Assembly: GCA_905178155.1 (NCBI GenBank) | Contig: CAJINV010000005.1 | Coordinates: forward strand, 2,883,161 to 2,947,160 | DNA: 64,000 bases | Direction: 5' to 3' | From: Amoebophrya sp. A120 | Taxonomy: Eukaryota > Protista > Dinoflagellata | Part shown: positions 10,492-23,198 of the stretch, in pieces | Numbering within the stretch: position 1 is the first letter of the stretch | How the letters are laid out: every line of letters begins with the position of its first letter | Translations under genes and position numbers: made by a program | The notes under the pieces: generated by a model | Databases searched by the model: none | What the model was told of the DNA's origin: nothing | The model's input: only the letters and a program-made list of their open reading frames with translations

Positions 10492-13363
10492 TCAAGTTTT
10501 ACTTTTTACCCGCAGGAACGCCTTGGCCATATCGTAACGGGGCTTCCCCAGTGGCCGGCTGTCGTTGACCGCCACCGCGCTGGCGGTCACTTCCTTCTGT
10601 GCTTCGCGTTTTGCTTCGAGCTCCTGGTTCATGTACCGGGTCCTGGTTTCGAGCTCAAAATCCACCAGCTCCTCCGGTCGCGGCGCTGCCGGCATAGCCC
10701 GCACCAAGTGGTCCAGCATCTGTGGCTCAATCGACTCCAACGGCGCAAACCTGCGAAGATCATTATTTCACAGTGACATGCAGTGCTGTGCACTTTGATT
10801 TCAAGAAAGCTAGAAAACAAGAAATTGCCAGAATGCCAAAATCCGAAAGCTACGCACAAACATAGCATGACAATTACATCAAATAGGCTATACATTGAGG
10901 GTAGTGTTTCGATGTCCTTCTCACCGAGCTGCTCAAGCGCTCTCGGGATGGTCACGCGAGCAGCCGGGTCGAGGCAGATCATGTCCAACAACAGGTCCCC
11001 CACGGGCCCCACTTTCGCCTTCACGCGCTGTGCGGCGGCGGTCCGGCGGAAAGTGCGCAACAGACGCTCTGCGGCGAGCTTGTCGTTCTTAACCGGCTCC
11101 AGGATAGTAACCTGCGACTCGAGGGCCTGCGCGCTAGTATGCAGTGTAAATGGGTGTTGGTGCTGTCTGAACTTGAACTTGCGAAAACAACACCAACAGA
11201 AACTGAAAGTACAACTTACAATAATACAAAAGTGAAATTAGTAATGCAGCACGAAGACAAAACGCAGCTACGTTGCTTACTTACGCAAGTTCAGACGCTG
11301 ACATTAGTTTATTTGCATTCCATACATGGCGCACAGGCCGAGTTGAGCCACATCGTGGGCACAAGCTCGCTCCGGCGTTGATGACGTATCGGCGTTGGGT
11401 ATGACAGCGAAAAACCCCCCTCTGCCAGTGTGATGTGGCTGCATGCAGTTGCGTTTGTCGCTGTTGTCCGATTCAGGTTTGTTACGAAAAATAGATATTT
11501 ACGAGGGGTGCTAGATAGAATAGCCCAGTGAAGAACAATTCTCCACGCGCTACGCTTTGGTTGTGCAGCATCATTTTGAATGCTGTTGTCCGTCGTATCA
11601 TAATCATCATCATCATTTGATCCTCAAAAAAGCAAGACACGACTTGCCAACGAATACGGAGTGGGCGCAACGGCGCAAAGAATCACACACCACATCACAG
11701 TTGTATTTAGTACGTGAATCAATTGCATAACCCAGAAATCAGGGAACGTCGAGCCCTCCGGTAACCTCAATGGCGGACCTGTGATATGAAGTGCGGTCAA
11801 GCATTTTGATTTTTTTTTGGCATCAAAATTGCGTCTTTTCCGTGTCGTCAAGCGAGTACACAACTACCAACGCCATCTTTTCTATGCATGACAACAAGAG
11901 GTAATCAAGTCATATACTGGTCTTCGGTCGCACGTTTCCCAGGTCTGTGAGCTGGCACTTGATTTGGGTACTCTACTATCGAAAGCGAAAGTGCACACAC
12001 CTGTTTCGCGAAAGTGATGCTTGCATATCCCGGCATGCATTCTGCAAGCCGCCTCCTTGTTCCCGAAAGTTGTCAAGTCACATTGTCACTTGAAAACTTT
12101 CCTAAAAATTATACAACTGCGCGTGTATTTTTCTCTCCGCCAGCAAAAAAATAGAAAGGCTGAAAGGAGGCTGTGCAAGAGGATTCAACTCATGCCTACC
12201 TGCTCTTCGTTCGAAAAAGAGGACGCTCTCTTTCTTTCGCAACGCATGGCAGAGTCACAGTAGTGCAAAGCACTTTCCCTTTCCTACAGTCAAGAAGATC
12301 CACAGCAGGTTGCACAACCTGACATCCCAGTGCACCACGCCGTTTTGGTGTAGCCACGACAACCCGGACAGCAGGTCTTGCAGAAAGGTCTTCATCCACC
12401 GTCTGACGTCTGGCAATGGTTTCGAGGTAGCATCAAATTGAAAATATCCCACACCGCAAAGAAAAAGACGACACGGAACACTGAAATGAGCCGCGAGGAC
12501 CTGCACAAAAACGCGTGGTGTAAGAGTCTGTGCGTGACCTATAAATGTGCAAACACGCATGACAAGACTTGCTACATGGCACGTGCACCCTGCTTCCAGC
12601 TTCTAGAAAGTACAGCACCGATGTACTCTCTTCTCTAGATCTAGAAGAGGTACTATTCCAGACCGAGCCCGTTAATTTATTACGCTGCAATTCATTGGGT
12701 TTAAAGTACTTGTGAAATGTAAAGTTAGAAGTATGCTTGCATCTGTTTCCGTGCGTTGGGAAATTTCAAATGATATCTGAACACGTTCATACGAACGGTT
12801 CCCATATGCACTGACGTTTCGTCCAGGTAGAGCCACACCGGCGCGATAACACTGTGCGTTTATTTTTTTGTTTTATCACCGATAAAGATAAACAATAACA
12901 ATCATGAAAAATCATGAAATCCTCACCACAATAAACCGAAGAACCACCATGGTCTCTTTGTCTTTTTCAGTCACATTTTCTGCAAGTTGATCACCTAAAA
13001 ACATCAGAGTTACCCTCTCGGCCGCCATATGGCTGCCTGCAACGCCACATACGCCTCGTAGGTGGCCTGCCGCCCGTCGCTTTTCTTTTTTCCATCTCGT
13101 TTGGTGGTCTTAAAGACCACCTCGGAAAAGCATCCCTCCTCGATGCGCAGCGACGGTTTCACCTTGGCGCAGATCACCGATCCGAACTGGCCCAGAAGGG
13201 CCGAGTCCAGATCAGTGATCTGGCCAAAGGTGTAGACGCGTTCTGGCGGCAGGACCACCTCCGTGAGACTCTTCTTTCCGGAGAGGAACGAAGCGTCTAC
13301 GACCTTTATGGCGGCCGGTTCTCCTGATCGATTCTTCACAATCGATTGTACTCTGGGAATCAT
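10492..13363 (-). CDS. Divergent multi-exon protein kinase (exon structure only partly resolved)
   Basis: Kinase-like segments in the correct order: LGQFGSV and VVFK (~13100-13200); DLLSGLSWLHQNGVVHWDVRLCNLL (~12300-12390); HDVAQLGLCA (~11330-11360); DLLLDMICLDPAARVT (~10950-11000). Confidence 0.6.
11138..11324. mobile_element. Aged introner-type element now forming canonical GT-AG intron 11134-11325
   Basis: TIR remnants TATGCAGTGTAAAT / TATGGAATGCAAAT (11/14); minus strand G-TATGG...CATA-CTAG; removal joins kinase exons in frame. Confidence 0.55.
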
Positions 13364-15035
13364 CTTGTTTTGCCCTAGTAGGTATTGTCAAGATTGAGAG
13401 ATTGCCCTAGTAGCTATTGTCAAAAACCCGCTATTCCTGTTGTGGGAAGAGTGTCGTGAAAGCCAGAAGATGACATTTGTGTAGTGTCGCAAGGCGAAAT
13501 CAGAATTCTACCGTTTGGCATGCTTGCACTCAGTGGGTGCGGCGGTACAACAGTTTTGTGGAGAAACGCGAAAGATGTGACGCAATTCGTTACCACTCTC
13601 GACGTGTCCACTTTGACGTACACACCAATTACGACCCGATAACGTACGAAAATACGACACTGTAAACGGAACGCCTCCTCTTTGTTGACTGTCTAGTACT
13701 TCTAGGAAAACGTAAACGACCCTTTGTGCATACATGTATCCGTGCTTGCCTTCCATTTCAGAGCGCTTTCATCTTTCATCGACCCTCAGCAGCAGCACCT
13801 TTGAAAACTATACTTTCACTGTTCGAAGATATCACCGACGCAGAAGTACCTGATTCTGCAACAGAAGTTCACACTCCACCGTGACGACGAGCACGAGGAC
13901 AACGGAACTACGAGATTGCCACAGTCTGTCACCGACCAGAAAGGCACGCGGTCGCGGTGCTTTGCGGCATACTGATGCATCGAATTTTCATTTTTTATCA
14001 AATCCGAAGATAGCCGCGGCACACCTCACTCGCTGAAAAGAATCATCCGTCATTAAGCATTCTATTGACATAAAGCGGGTACGTTTTAGCATGGGTAACC
14101 AGTCAAGAGAAGATCCGTTTCTTCGCTAGAGCTCGATGGCCTCCTTGTTTTGTGTCTCGATTATTCCTTGTATCAATGTCCTACTTCGCCCGCCAGCGCA
14201 GAAACGGAGTCTTTTTCTCTAGAACTTACTTAGTTCTGGTAGCACTTCTACCGGGTGGTGAACAGAAAAAGAGGTACAGGGTACGCAAGTCGTGATATTA
14301 TACTTCGCATGAAGTGAAGGCAACACTTGTTTCGAAAAGCATGCGATGATCTTTCTGACCTTGGCCAAATTTACTGTTGTAAATGATAGACACATATTTT
14401 AGAAGAGGAGGACTGATATTAGCACCGTACAAATTTCATTGATAATACAACTACAAATAATTATCGCGCAAAAAAAAGCAAAAATTGGTACAAACCTAGA
14501 GTAGAATGAAGATGACCACTGTGGGTCCTACAAAGCATTTTCGAAATTTTCACTTTGAAAACAATTTGAAAAATGGTACAGAAGAAAGACGCGACAAAAT
14601 CTTTATTCCCAAAAGACATGAGTTGAGAGAAATCTCAAAATTCCTGTTTTATTTTCACCGTGATTTTACTGTCAGCTTCAGCTGCCAAGTGAAGCTGGTT
14701 TCTTCACCACGACGGCGGCTTCAGCTGGTTTCTTCAGCTTCAGCTGGTTTCTTCACCACGACGGCGGTAGAAAATTCTACTGACTTCGTTCATTTATTCG
14801 TTTTCTACAAACAAATCCTAGCCGATGGAGCAAGAGCCTTCCTTTTACTGTACGTGTCGGGTTTCTATGTCGAAAGTCTCGGTTGCATATTCGCGACAAG
14901 AAACCCGCAATGGGTCGCAACTTTCCGTAGGGAATTGTGACGCTGCTGGTGACACCTCCGCACTCGCTATTCCTATTGTACTCAAGTTATCGTGTGGTCG
15001 ACGTCGTTGCAAGTCTAGCATGAACTTATCAAACG

Positions 15036-18000
15036 CTACCGCTCTTCCTTCGAACTTGTTCGCGTCTCGGCCGCCGATTTCGACAGCGCCCGCTCCACCT
15101 CGTCCTCCCGCATGTATCCTTTTTCTTTCAGCGCGAACAGAATGTGTTTCCCGTAACTTAGCCGGGAAAGCTCCGGAAGGTGCTGCTTCAAAAGCTGGAA
15201 AAATTCGTCCCGCAATTCGTTGCCTTCAGGCAGATGGGAGGCGAGACGCAGGAACCTGGGCGGGGGATGATTTTTGTTTTTGAATTGATAGATATTGGAG
15301 GCCGATATGCATGACAAAAGGCAACATGGTCTTCATTGCACAGCAACACAAGATGAAGCACAACACCACAATACTTTTGGACGATGTAATTTCCGAACTT
15401 GTCCTTCATGATGTTCATGACGGGAGGATTATTCGCCGGTTTGATGATCGCGGAGATCATACTGTGCTTCTGGTCCGGCTGCTCCTCTTCGCAATAGTCC
15501 AAAACCTTTTCCACGATGTTGGACGCAAACTTGTGGCACGACCACTCCTTGATCTCGGCAACGCACTGCGTTAGCAAAGCCATTTTATCCTGCGGACGCC
15601 CGCGCTCGAGAACATATTGGATCACGTAGTTGCCATATCTGGTCGTGTTTTGAAAGCGTGGATTACAGACAGGGTTTGAAGACTCGTTGCAACATCTTCA
15701 CAAGCTACGGAATATAGGTATGTAAATTTTTTGCACCACAACTTCGTTGTACTCAATTGCAGCGCAAATTGCATAAAAGACAAAACTTTTCCCGCATGAA
15801 GAAGACCCACAGCAGTAAATACCTGTGGTGCGCCAGTGCCCGACAGGTTCTTGCCGACAGCATCTCGTCGAACAACAATCCAGTTTCCTCGACCGCGCAG
15901 CATTCAATGATTCGCTGAATCACCCTACACCCATACCGGTCCGAAGCTATCTCGCGCACATTGTTCTGGAAAGAGCCAACGATCCAGTGAACCTGAAGTA
16001 GTTGTAAAATTATTAGCGACAATTGCAATGCGGTTTGTTCCAGCAGCAAAACTACTTGCACAGTTCCAGTTGCCAAATGTGATGAGAAGTTCATCTGTAA
16101 AAACGATCGTAGAGTGTAAAGCGCCTAAGTACTAACTTAAGTACCTCCGGCGTCGGCAGCACCTCGATGCACTTTTGAATGACGTGATTCCCGTTTTGGT
16201 CCTGGACCAATTCTACGATGCTGCCGCGCAACTCCCCGATGAGCAGCTTCTTCAAATCCAAGGGGAGGAACTCCAGCGCGGTCTGAATGACCCGGCACCC
16301 GTACTATCCTGAGTAAAAACGTACCCACACCATAGTCAAGATGGGGAATCGGCTAGACAAATCCACAAGTTTTGGCTGTTTTGCATGACAAATTTGGATT
16401 CGTAGTGTAGTGCTGTTTGAGCTAGCTCAGCAGCATCACAGATCTAGCATACCATGCTGATTGGAGCATCACAAATTGCAAAACACGACAAGAAAATGCT
16501 TCTCATGGGGCTCCGCATGAGAAACATTCTCAGCATGCAGATTTGCATTACAACTCTGCTGGTGTGGGTAGGTTTTTAAATAGGATACGTACAGCTGCAA
16601 ACACAGCTTCTTCGTTTCCCCGACCAGGCATTCCGCCAAGACCGTTTTCTGCTCCAAGGTTCCGTGTTCAAAATACTTCTGGATTATCACAAAGAAGAAA
16701 GCTGGCAGGGCACATTTGTAATGCAAAAATAAATACACAGAAAAATCTGCTATGGGCGGCCTCATAGCATGCTGTTAAGGATACGCAATACAGGTTTTTT
16801 TGTGTATTTATTTTTGCATTACAAATGTGACCTGCCAGCTTTTTTCTGTGGGATATGGATCACGTAATTCCCAAACACGTCGTAGACCAATTTTGACGTA
16901 TGAACTGTAAAAATGTCTGGGTCTGGAAGAATTCATGTTTGTCATGCTTGTCTGGCATGACTTTTAAATCTGTTATGCACGTTACCCAAGAGCTGCGTTT
17001 TTCTGTGATGCAGAAGCGCAGTTTGTCATGCAGAATAGGCAACACCTAGGAGCTCAGAAACTTGTCATGCTGAGCAAGCATTTGTAGCCTCATCATGAGA
17101 CGCTACCCAGCATCACAAGTTCCCAGACCCAGACATTTTTACTTTTGATATGACGCCTGCGGAACCAGTTGCTCGAACAGCTTACGTTTGTCGTTCGGCT
17201 CGGCGGTGGCGAGTTCCTCCTGCACGTAGCGCGACCCCAATTGATCGTACACAAACTCCTGCGCCAACTGCATGCTCGCCCCGATCTCGCCCAGCTTCGG
17301 GCGGATTTTTTTGTCTTTGAAGTCGCGCATCAACTGCGAGTCCTGCGGGTGGCGCCGGACGGGGGGCGGGGGGTTAGGATTTAGCGAAGAGGATGGCGGT
17401 GGTCCTTTGCTCCCCGTCGGGGTTCGCCCGGATTGTTGATGGGCAGTATTAGGACCACCAGCGGTACTATTGACAGGCAAGGGTGGTGCATTGATATTGC
17501 TGCTGTTATTCGACGTCGTGGATTTCTTACTATTGCTATACCGAGGAACAACACCGGGTGGCCCTCCGGTATGTCCTCCGCTGTCTCTCGAATGGTCACC
17601 ACCGCCTCCGCGTGAAACTACAGCATGGAGATGACCTTGACCACCACTATCGCGGTCTACTACACCTGGTCCTCCGGGATGAATATACGGGTGCAAGTTT
17701 CCTCTTTCGTCGACAAACATGCCTCCTCTGGAGGACGGAGGGTGCTGCTGGTGGTGCATACTGTTCCCTCCTGACCCGCCGCGGTCGCGCGGATGCTGCT
17801 GATCGTGGGACGAAGAACTAAATCGGCCTCCTCCGTCGGAGTTGTGTTGCTGAAACAGGTTACTCGTCCCATAGTGAAGATGTTGATCTCTGTCAGCACC
17901 GCCGCGGCTCCCCCTTTGATTCTCACTTTTCTGGTACTCCCTCACCGTGGTACTGATGGTCGGCACGCCGCCTCCTTGGCTGTGCTTGGAGCTTGGGTTA

Positions 18001-20184
18001 CTCCCGATGAAGGTGGGCACGTTGCGGGCGGGGCCTTGACTGTGTTTACTGGAGCTGTTGCCGCTTGTTATTTGGGGATTATTTTCTACGAACGCCGGCA
18101 TGTAGCGATTAGTACCGTCGTTCATCATGCTTGAAGATGTTCCTTTCGAACCGCCGTGCTGCGAAGAGACGAACCGGGAGCTGCTGCTCCCCCCGAAGTA
18201 GTACTCCTGCTCCCCCGAGGAGTTCAAAAGCGTGTAATCGACGCGACCCGCATGGTGCTGGGACTGCTGGTTTGGATTGTGTTGATCCCGCATGTTGGTG
18301 AGATCTCTCCCCGGTCCTATTTGGTTCGGGTAAACCAGTACCTTGCCACCCTGCTGCATCGCAGCTATCGCCGCGCCGTTAGCGAGGTGTGGGGGCAAAC
18401 CTTGGTGTTGCGATGGACCCGATGCAGCTCCCCCAACTCCACCGCCACGAGAAGACAGCATCCTTTGTTGCTGTTGATACGCGAACTCGCTCAAATTTGC
18501 GCTATCCGACAGCTGCCTCTCGGCAGCACCTGCTGCTCCAGGCAAAAATCTATCCGCCGTTCCCGCTCTCCCGTCCCGTCCTGAAATGTCGGCGCTTCCC
18601 GGCGCACCATTCGACACAACAGAAGTACTACCGCCTTGTGACGTTGTGCCCGAACCTCCGGGCGTTGAGGTCAAGATCTGCATTGCGGACGGCCCGCCGG
18701 AAGCGTTCGGCAGGATCCGCGTACTGTAGGACCCATTCGAAAATCGCGCAACGTCTTGGTGGACCTGACCACTTGGACTGAATTCGTACATTGTGAACTG
18801 GCCAGAACCGATAGAGTCGCGTGCGGGGTTGTCGTGATCCGAGGACATCACGATGTTCGTCGCCGGACTGAGCACCTGCGTCGTCTGCGTCCCCGGGGGT
18901 GGTGACTGCTGGGGTAAGACCTGCCTGGAAGGACCCTGCGGCGGACTGTTCCGCGGCTGGGGAAGGAACGGGACCGGGCCGGACGCCGGCGTGTTTTGCA
19001 TACTAGCAGGGGGACTGGACAGCGTACTGTTTGTGTTTCCGGAATTATTCTGCATCGCGGCCGCGGTAAGTGCTGCCCCGGCGCCGACAAAAGCTTGGCC
19101 ATTCCAGATGTAGGTGGAATCGGCCGACGGCGTGATGGGGTGCATCAGACCAGTGTGGGGGTCGTGGTACCAGATCGTGCCTGTCAATATATGGATTTGT
19201 CTTTCACATGAAAAATCGATTTTTTTACTTTATGCTAGTTTTTGTTTTCATCACACGAGAGATAAAATTTGCGGGCTTTTATTGCAGAATGAGAAATCAA
19301 TCAATCTTTCACAAGTTCTTGTAGGCGAAGTGTATTTTCATACCAGCCATGTTCGGCGCATTTTCCGTCTGCATCCTTGTTGTGCTGACGCGGCTATCAA
19401 GGCGAAACTTCTTTTGCCATTCATCTGTGGCAACATCAAGTACTCATGAACTAGCAAAAGGACAGCTCACAGCACAGACAATCTATGTAGTTGTGCAGAA
19501 AGGCATTTGATTACACTTGGATACAAATCATGCAAACAGACAACTCATAAAACTCGCGCCATTCTCCAAAAGAAGAGAACATGAAAAACAAGCAAATTTT
19601 CGTCTTGATAACTTTCAGAAACCCCCGCACCCTCCCGGCCGCCCGCACTACCCCCGGACGACTGCGGTGGCTGTTGTGGGCCGCCGAAGGCGGTGCCCCA
19701 CCCGGACGGGTCGTAGGCGAATGGCGGGACGAGCTGAATCGGCGCGGGACCTCCGTTGCTCGGGGTTGGCTTGTATCAAATGTAAAAGTGTCTGGGTCTG
19801 GAAGAATGTAACTTGTCATGCTAGATCTGAAGCATGCAAAAATCTGTGTTGCATGATTACCAAAAGTCGTCCAGTTTTGCCCAATTCGGGAGGGAGTTTC
19901 TCATGCAGAATAGGCATGAGAGAGATCGCACAGAATCTGTCATGTTAGGTCCTGCATTCCAGACCTCGTGGGTCATGGAAAAGCTGCATGATAAATCTGA
20001 CAATCTTCCAGACCCAGACATTTTTGCAATCCATAGCTTGTCGTTTGGTGACCGCGCGACCGTGGGATCCCAGTCGTAGCTCAGACTCGGAGACGGCGTC
20101 CGGTCCCCCGGTCCGCTGGAAAATCGAGCCATGTAATGTTGGAGCGACGTCTGGGAGGAGGCATTACCTGGTGTGTTGATTTGC
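15036..20184 (-). CDS. Pumilio/PUF RNA-binding protein (long low-complexity N-terminus, C-terminal PUF repeats); 5' end uncertain
   Basis: Spliced repeats: DQLGSRYVQ, DVFGNYVIQKYFE, QLYGCRVIQTALE, DQNGNHVIQKCIE, DRYGCRVIQRIIE, HRYGNYVIQYVLE, HKFASNIVEKVL, DKFGNYIVQK; 5 TIR-type introns plus GT-AG introns. Confidence 0.95.
16305..16587. mobile_element. Introner-type element, family D, TSD CGTAC
   Basis: TIR TATCCTnnnTAAAAACnTACCCACACCA; removal gives LCLQLY-GCRVIQ. Confidence 0.9.
16685..16855. mobile_element. Introner-type element, family F (long ~65-bp IRs), TSD TGGAT
   Basis: TATCACAAAGAAGAAAGCTGGCAGGGCACATTTGTAATGCAAAAATAAATACACA and its complement; removal gives GNYVI-QKYFE. Confidence 0.92.
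16899..17150. mobile_element. Introner-type element, family A, TSD TGACG
   Basis: TIR ...AAAAATGTCTGGGTCTGG; removal gives PQAS-KLVYDVFGNY. Confidence 0.92.
19395..19610. mobile_element. Aged introner-type element (TIR kept, TSD decayed)
   Basis: TATCAAGGCGAAACTT / TATCAAGACGAAAATT; removal plus 5 nt gives VSES-VSTTRMQ, in frame with the downstream GT-AG-linked exon. Confidence 0.7.
19774..20035. mobile_element. Introner-type element, family A, TSD GCTTG
   Basis: TIRs and perfect TSD; removal gives SPNDK-PTPSNGG with an open frame. Confidence 0.9.
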
Positions 20185-20285
20185 TGGGTTTAGAAAAGAA
20201 CCTTGTCGAGGACCAGCATGCTCCTGCAAGTTGCGATACAACGTAGTAAAGGCTTTTTTCCCGTTCCAAAGGAGCTGAAGCGCTT

Positions 20286-21931
20286 TTATTGGGTCCATAT
20301 ATACAAACGTCGACGCAAAATCCACCGCCTCCTCCATTTTACCGCCAGCCGCAGCAACCTTAGTAAGTTCCCAGGCGGTCCGGCCGCAAATTGAGACACG
20401 CACACGCACTTCAAAGGAGGCATCGCATTGGCATCGACCTCATCGTCCCCAGTAGCAAACGCAGTGCACGCAGCAGCAACAAACCAGCTGTCTCTCCCAG
20501 CAGTCTCTCTTGCAATTTCATCACAACTCTCAAAAATGTTACTACTCCTTTCCCTAGCCCCCACTGGCATTTGAAGAATGATCACAAAGCGACGTGCTCT
20601 ATTCCTATTCTCATGGCTGTGATTGCAAAATCATTTTTACCGGTGCTCTTGCTTGTTCTTGACCTGATACTCTCCCTCGAGCCACTCTCTCTGGACCTTT
20701 GTCGCTCCTGTACCTGCTTCAGAATTGACAATGGCGGTATCGGCAACTGTTCGAGATTTCCCGTCACCACCTTCAGATTCCCGTGCTTCGTTACCACAGG
20801 TAGCACCGTCGTGGTCCCTTTAGAAGTACTATGCCCGCTCTTGGCAGCTTTAGAAGTCTGTTCCCCGCCCGCTCCCGCCCCATACCCATATTTGTCCGTC
20901 GCAGACATCGGGGACTTGTCAGTCAGCAACAAAGTGTGCGTGAAATTCTTCGACGAGTAAGTCGAAGATGCGTTTTCCTTCTTACTCCCGCTCAGGACAG
21001 CATCCTTTTCGTCACTGCTACTGGTTGTGGGGCTCTGTTTCTCGGTGATTTTCGACAACTGCCGAGTCAAGTCTTCCACCGCCACCGTGGCTTGTTGGGC
21101 GGTGGTTTCCAACGAAGATAATAATTTATGCGACAAATGCACCTTTTCCGTCTGTGGATCCACTATTTTTACACTGTTCGGCACATGAACGATCGGATGA
21201 TGCTGGGACGTCGTCGACACAACGTTCTTCGCAACGCTAATGTTCTCCCCACTCGAGGCGCCACTCGATCCAGAAGCTAGTCTCGGGCTGTTCTTCGGTA
21301 CGGCGAGAAGATTCTGGTTCTGTCGAGCAGGATGGTGTTGTACTTCCGCTCCTTTTGAAGTGGTCCCAGCTGCTCCACTTGTTCCCGCTGGTGCAGTAGT
21401 TTTTTCTCCAGAGCTCGTCGTGTTCAAAGAATTTATCAAATCAGACTTACTAATCGCCCCGTTCCTATTCGCCAAATGCGCGGGTGCGGATTGCGAAGCC
21501 AGGGTGTGCTTTCGTAAACCGGCGATGGCATTCAGGGACGATACATCGTCGTTCTCCTCATCGTGGGCCTCGTCGTCGTCTTCTTCGTAGAGAATATTCC
21601 TGAAGTGGTTTTTGTGTTTTGCATTCGCAACGCGCTCTTTTGTTCCGCATGATATTACAACTTAAGCCTCAGTAGCAGTACAGTGCTCCATCATGCCGGC
21701 CGCGCATCAGAAATAGGTGTAAGGTATACTATACCCTGAAAGCGCCGAGGTCAACGCTACAGGATCCTGCTCACCCTCCTCGCCGCGCTTTGACAGGTCG
21801 CGGCGGATGTCCTGAATCACAGAGATGCTGATTTCCCCCATATTGAAGCAGCAGGACTTCACGTTCCCCAAGTCCCGCAGAGGAAATACCAACGCGCCAT
21901 GCCCGTTTTCCGAATGTCGGACGCTGCTCAT
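20286..21931 (-). CDS. Ser/Thr-rich hypothetical coding exons (possibly 5' part of the PUF gene or a separate gene)
   Basis: 297-aa ORF 20582-21475 with host-like low-complexity composition, plus flanking short ORFs; no motif recognised. Confidence 0.45.
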
Positions 21932-22502
21932 TTCGCGAACCTGAAGATCATCGACGATTGTTTTTACTTATTCGGCACACGTACTACATTTGTGTGGTGC
22001 TGAGGTAGACCGAGACCCCGCTAGTCCTACGCATGAAAATTTTACTCCCTTGTGCTGGTCATACACATAGGATATCAATATCTGCATGCAAAAATAAGTC
22101 AACGCAAACTGCACTGCCATAGCTACAAGTAGAAGCATCACGACAGTTGTACATCTGTTGGCGTGTCGTCAACTTTATCCACTTGCGCCGCTCCTGCTTT
22201 CGCGGGTTCCGTAGTCCAAACCAAGCGAGCGCGTCCAGGGTCGAAGGGCGCCGCTAAGTCGTATCCACAGGAACAAATCTACCGTAGCAGGCCAAGCATG
22301 ACAATCTTAATCTTTTCGTATACCTATACCTCTATTAGAAGCATGACAAAGTTCATTCTTTTTTGCGTCCTTCCGGGCAAATTTGTAATGCTTTCTGTAC
22401 TTCTTACGGTAAATTCGTCTTGCATAAGTCACGCGCGAAGGAGACCAACACTTCCTCATCGCGTTTGTTCACAGAGCAGCCGTGAAATGTGAACGACATC
22501 GT

Positions 22503-22824
22503 TATCAAAAGGAAAAATCCCCCCTCCCCATATCGAAAAGGTATGTTTCCGAAAATTTGTCTTGCTGCTTTGAGGTCGCAAATCACATTTGTATTGCAAG
22601 AAGACAAGGGCAGAAGCTTCCGCCCCACTATGGAAGCGATTTGTCATGCTGTTGGGCCTAAAGGGGAGCCGCTTGCCATGCTGAACAACTAGACGCATAC
22701 GCCCCTATCTAGCCTGGGGATCTGACTGCAATGCTTTCCTGCAATACAAACCTGATTTGTGTACTCAAATCCAGCATCAGAAATTTCGTTTTGATGTGGG
22801 GAGGGGGGATTTTTCGTTTTGATA
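22503..22824. mobile_element. Introner-type element, family B, TSD ATCGT
   Basis: TIR TATCAAAA(G/C)GAAAAATCCCCCCTCCCCA; perfect TSD; host gene not identified. Confidence 0.9.
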
Positions 22825-23198
22825 ATCGTCCCGTCGGTATCTTCGGGGAGACGTAGACAGGGACCACGCTTTAGTATGATAAGACACGGCGCCACATGTT
22901 CTTTTGTTTCATTTCGTACACGAGAAGTTTCAAGAAATTTAGCAGACGGAACAAAGGATAGTACACAAAAGGAACAAAATGTGGTTTCAGGAGTGCGAGT
23001 AAGTTTATCGACACGAGGATATCTATTTGCAAAACACAATCAGATCTCTCGCAATTCAAAGAAGAGATACGACTTTTTCACCTATGGTGCTGTGCAAGAA
23101 ACAATGTTGGTCAAAAGGAAACAAAACAGGAGAAACATACTACACTAGTAATGGAGAAATAGTAGAAAACAAATTCCTAAATAGCATATCGGCAATGA

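Noticed and set aside
13369-14770. Small local duplications (13369-13423, 14672-14768; also ~59277 and ~59425)
   Set aside because: Two- or three-copy slippage-type duplications in non-coding DNA with no further structure.
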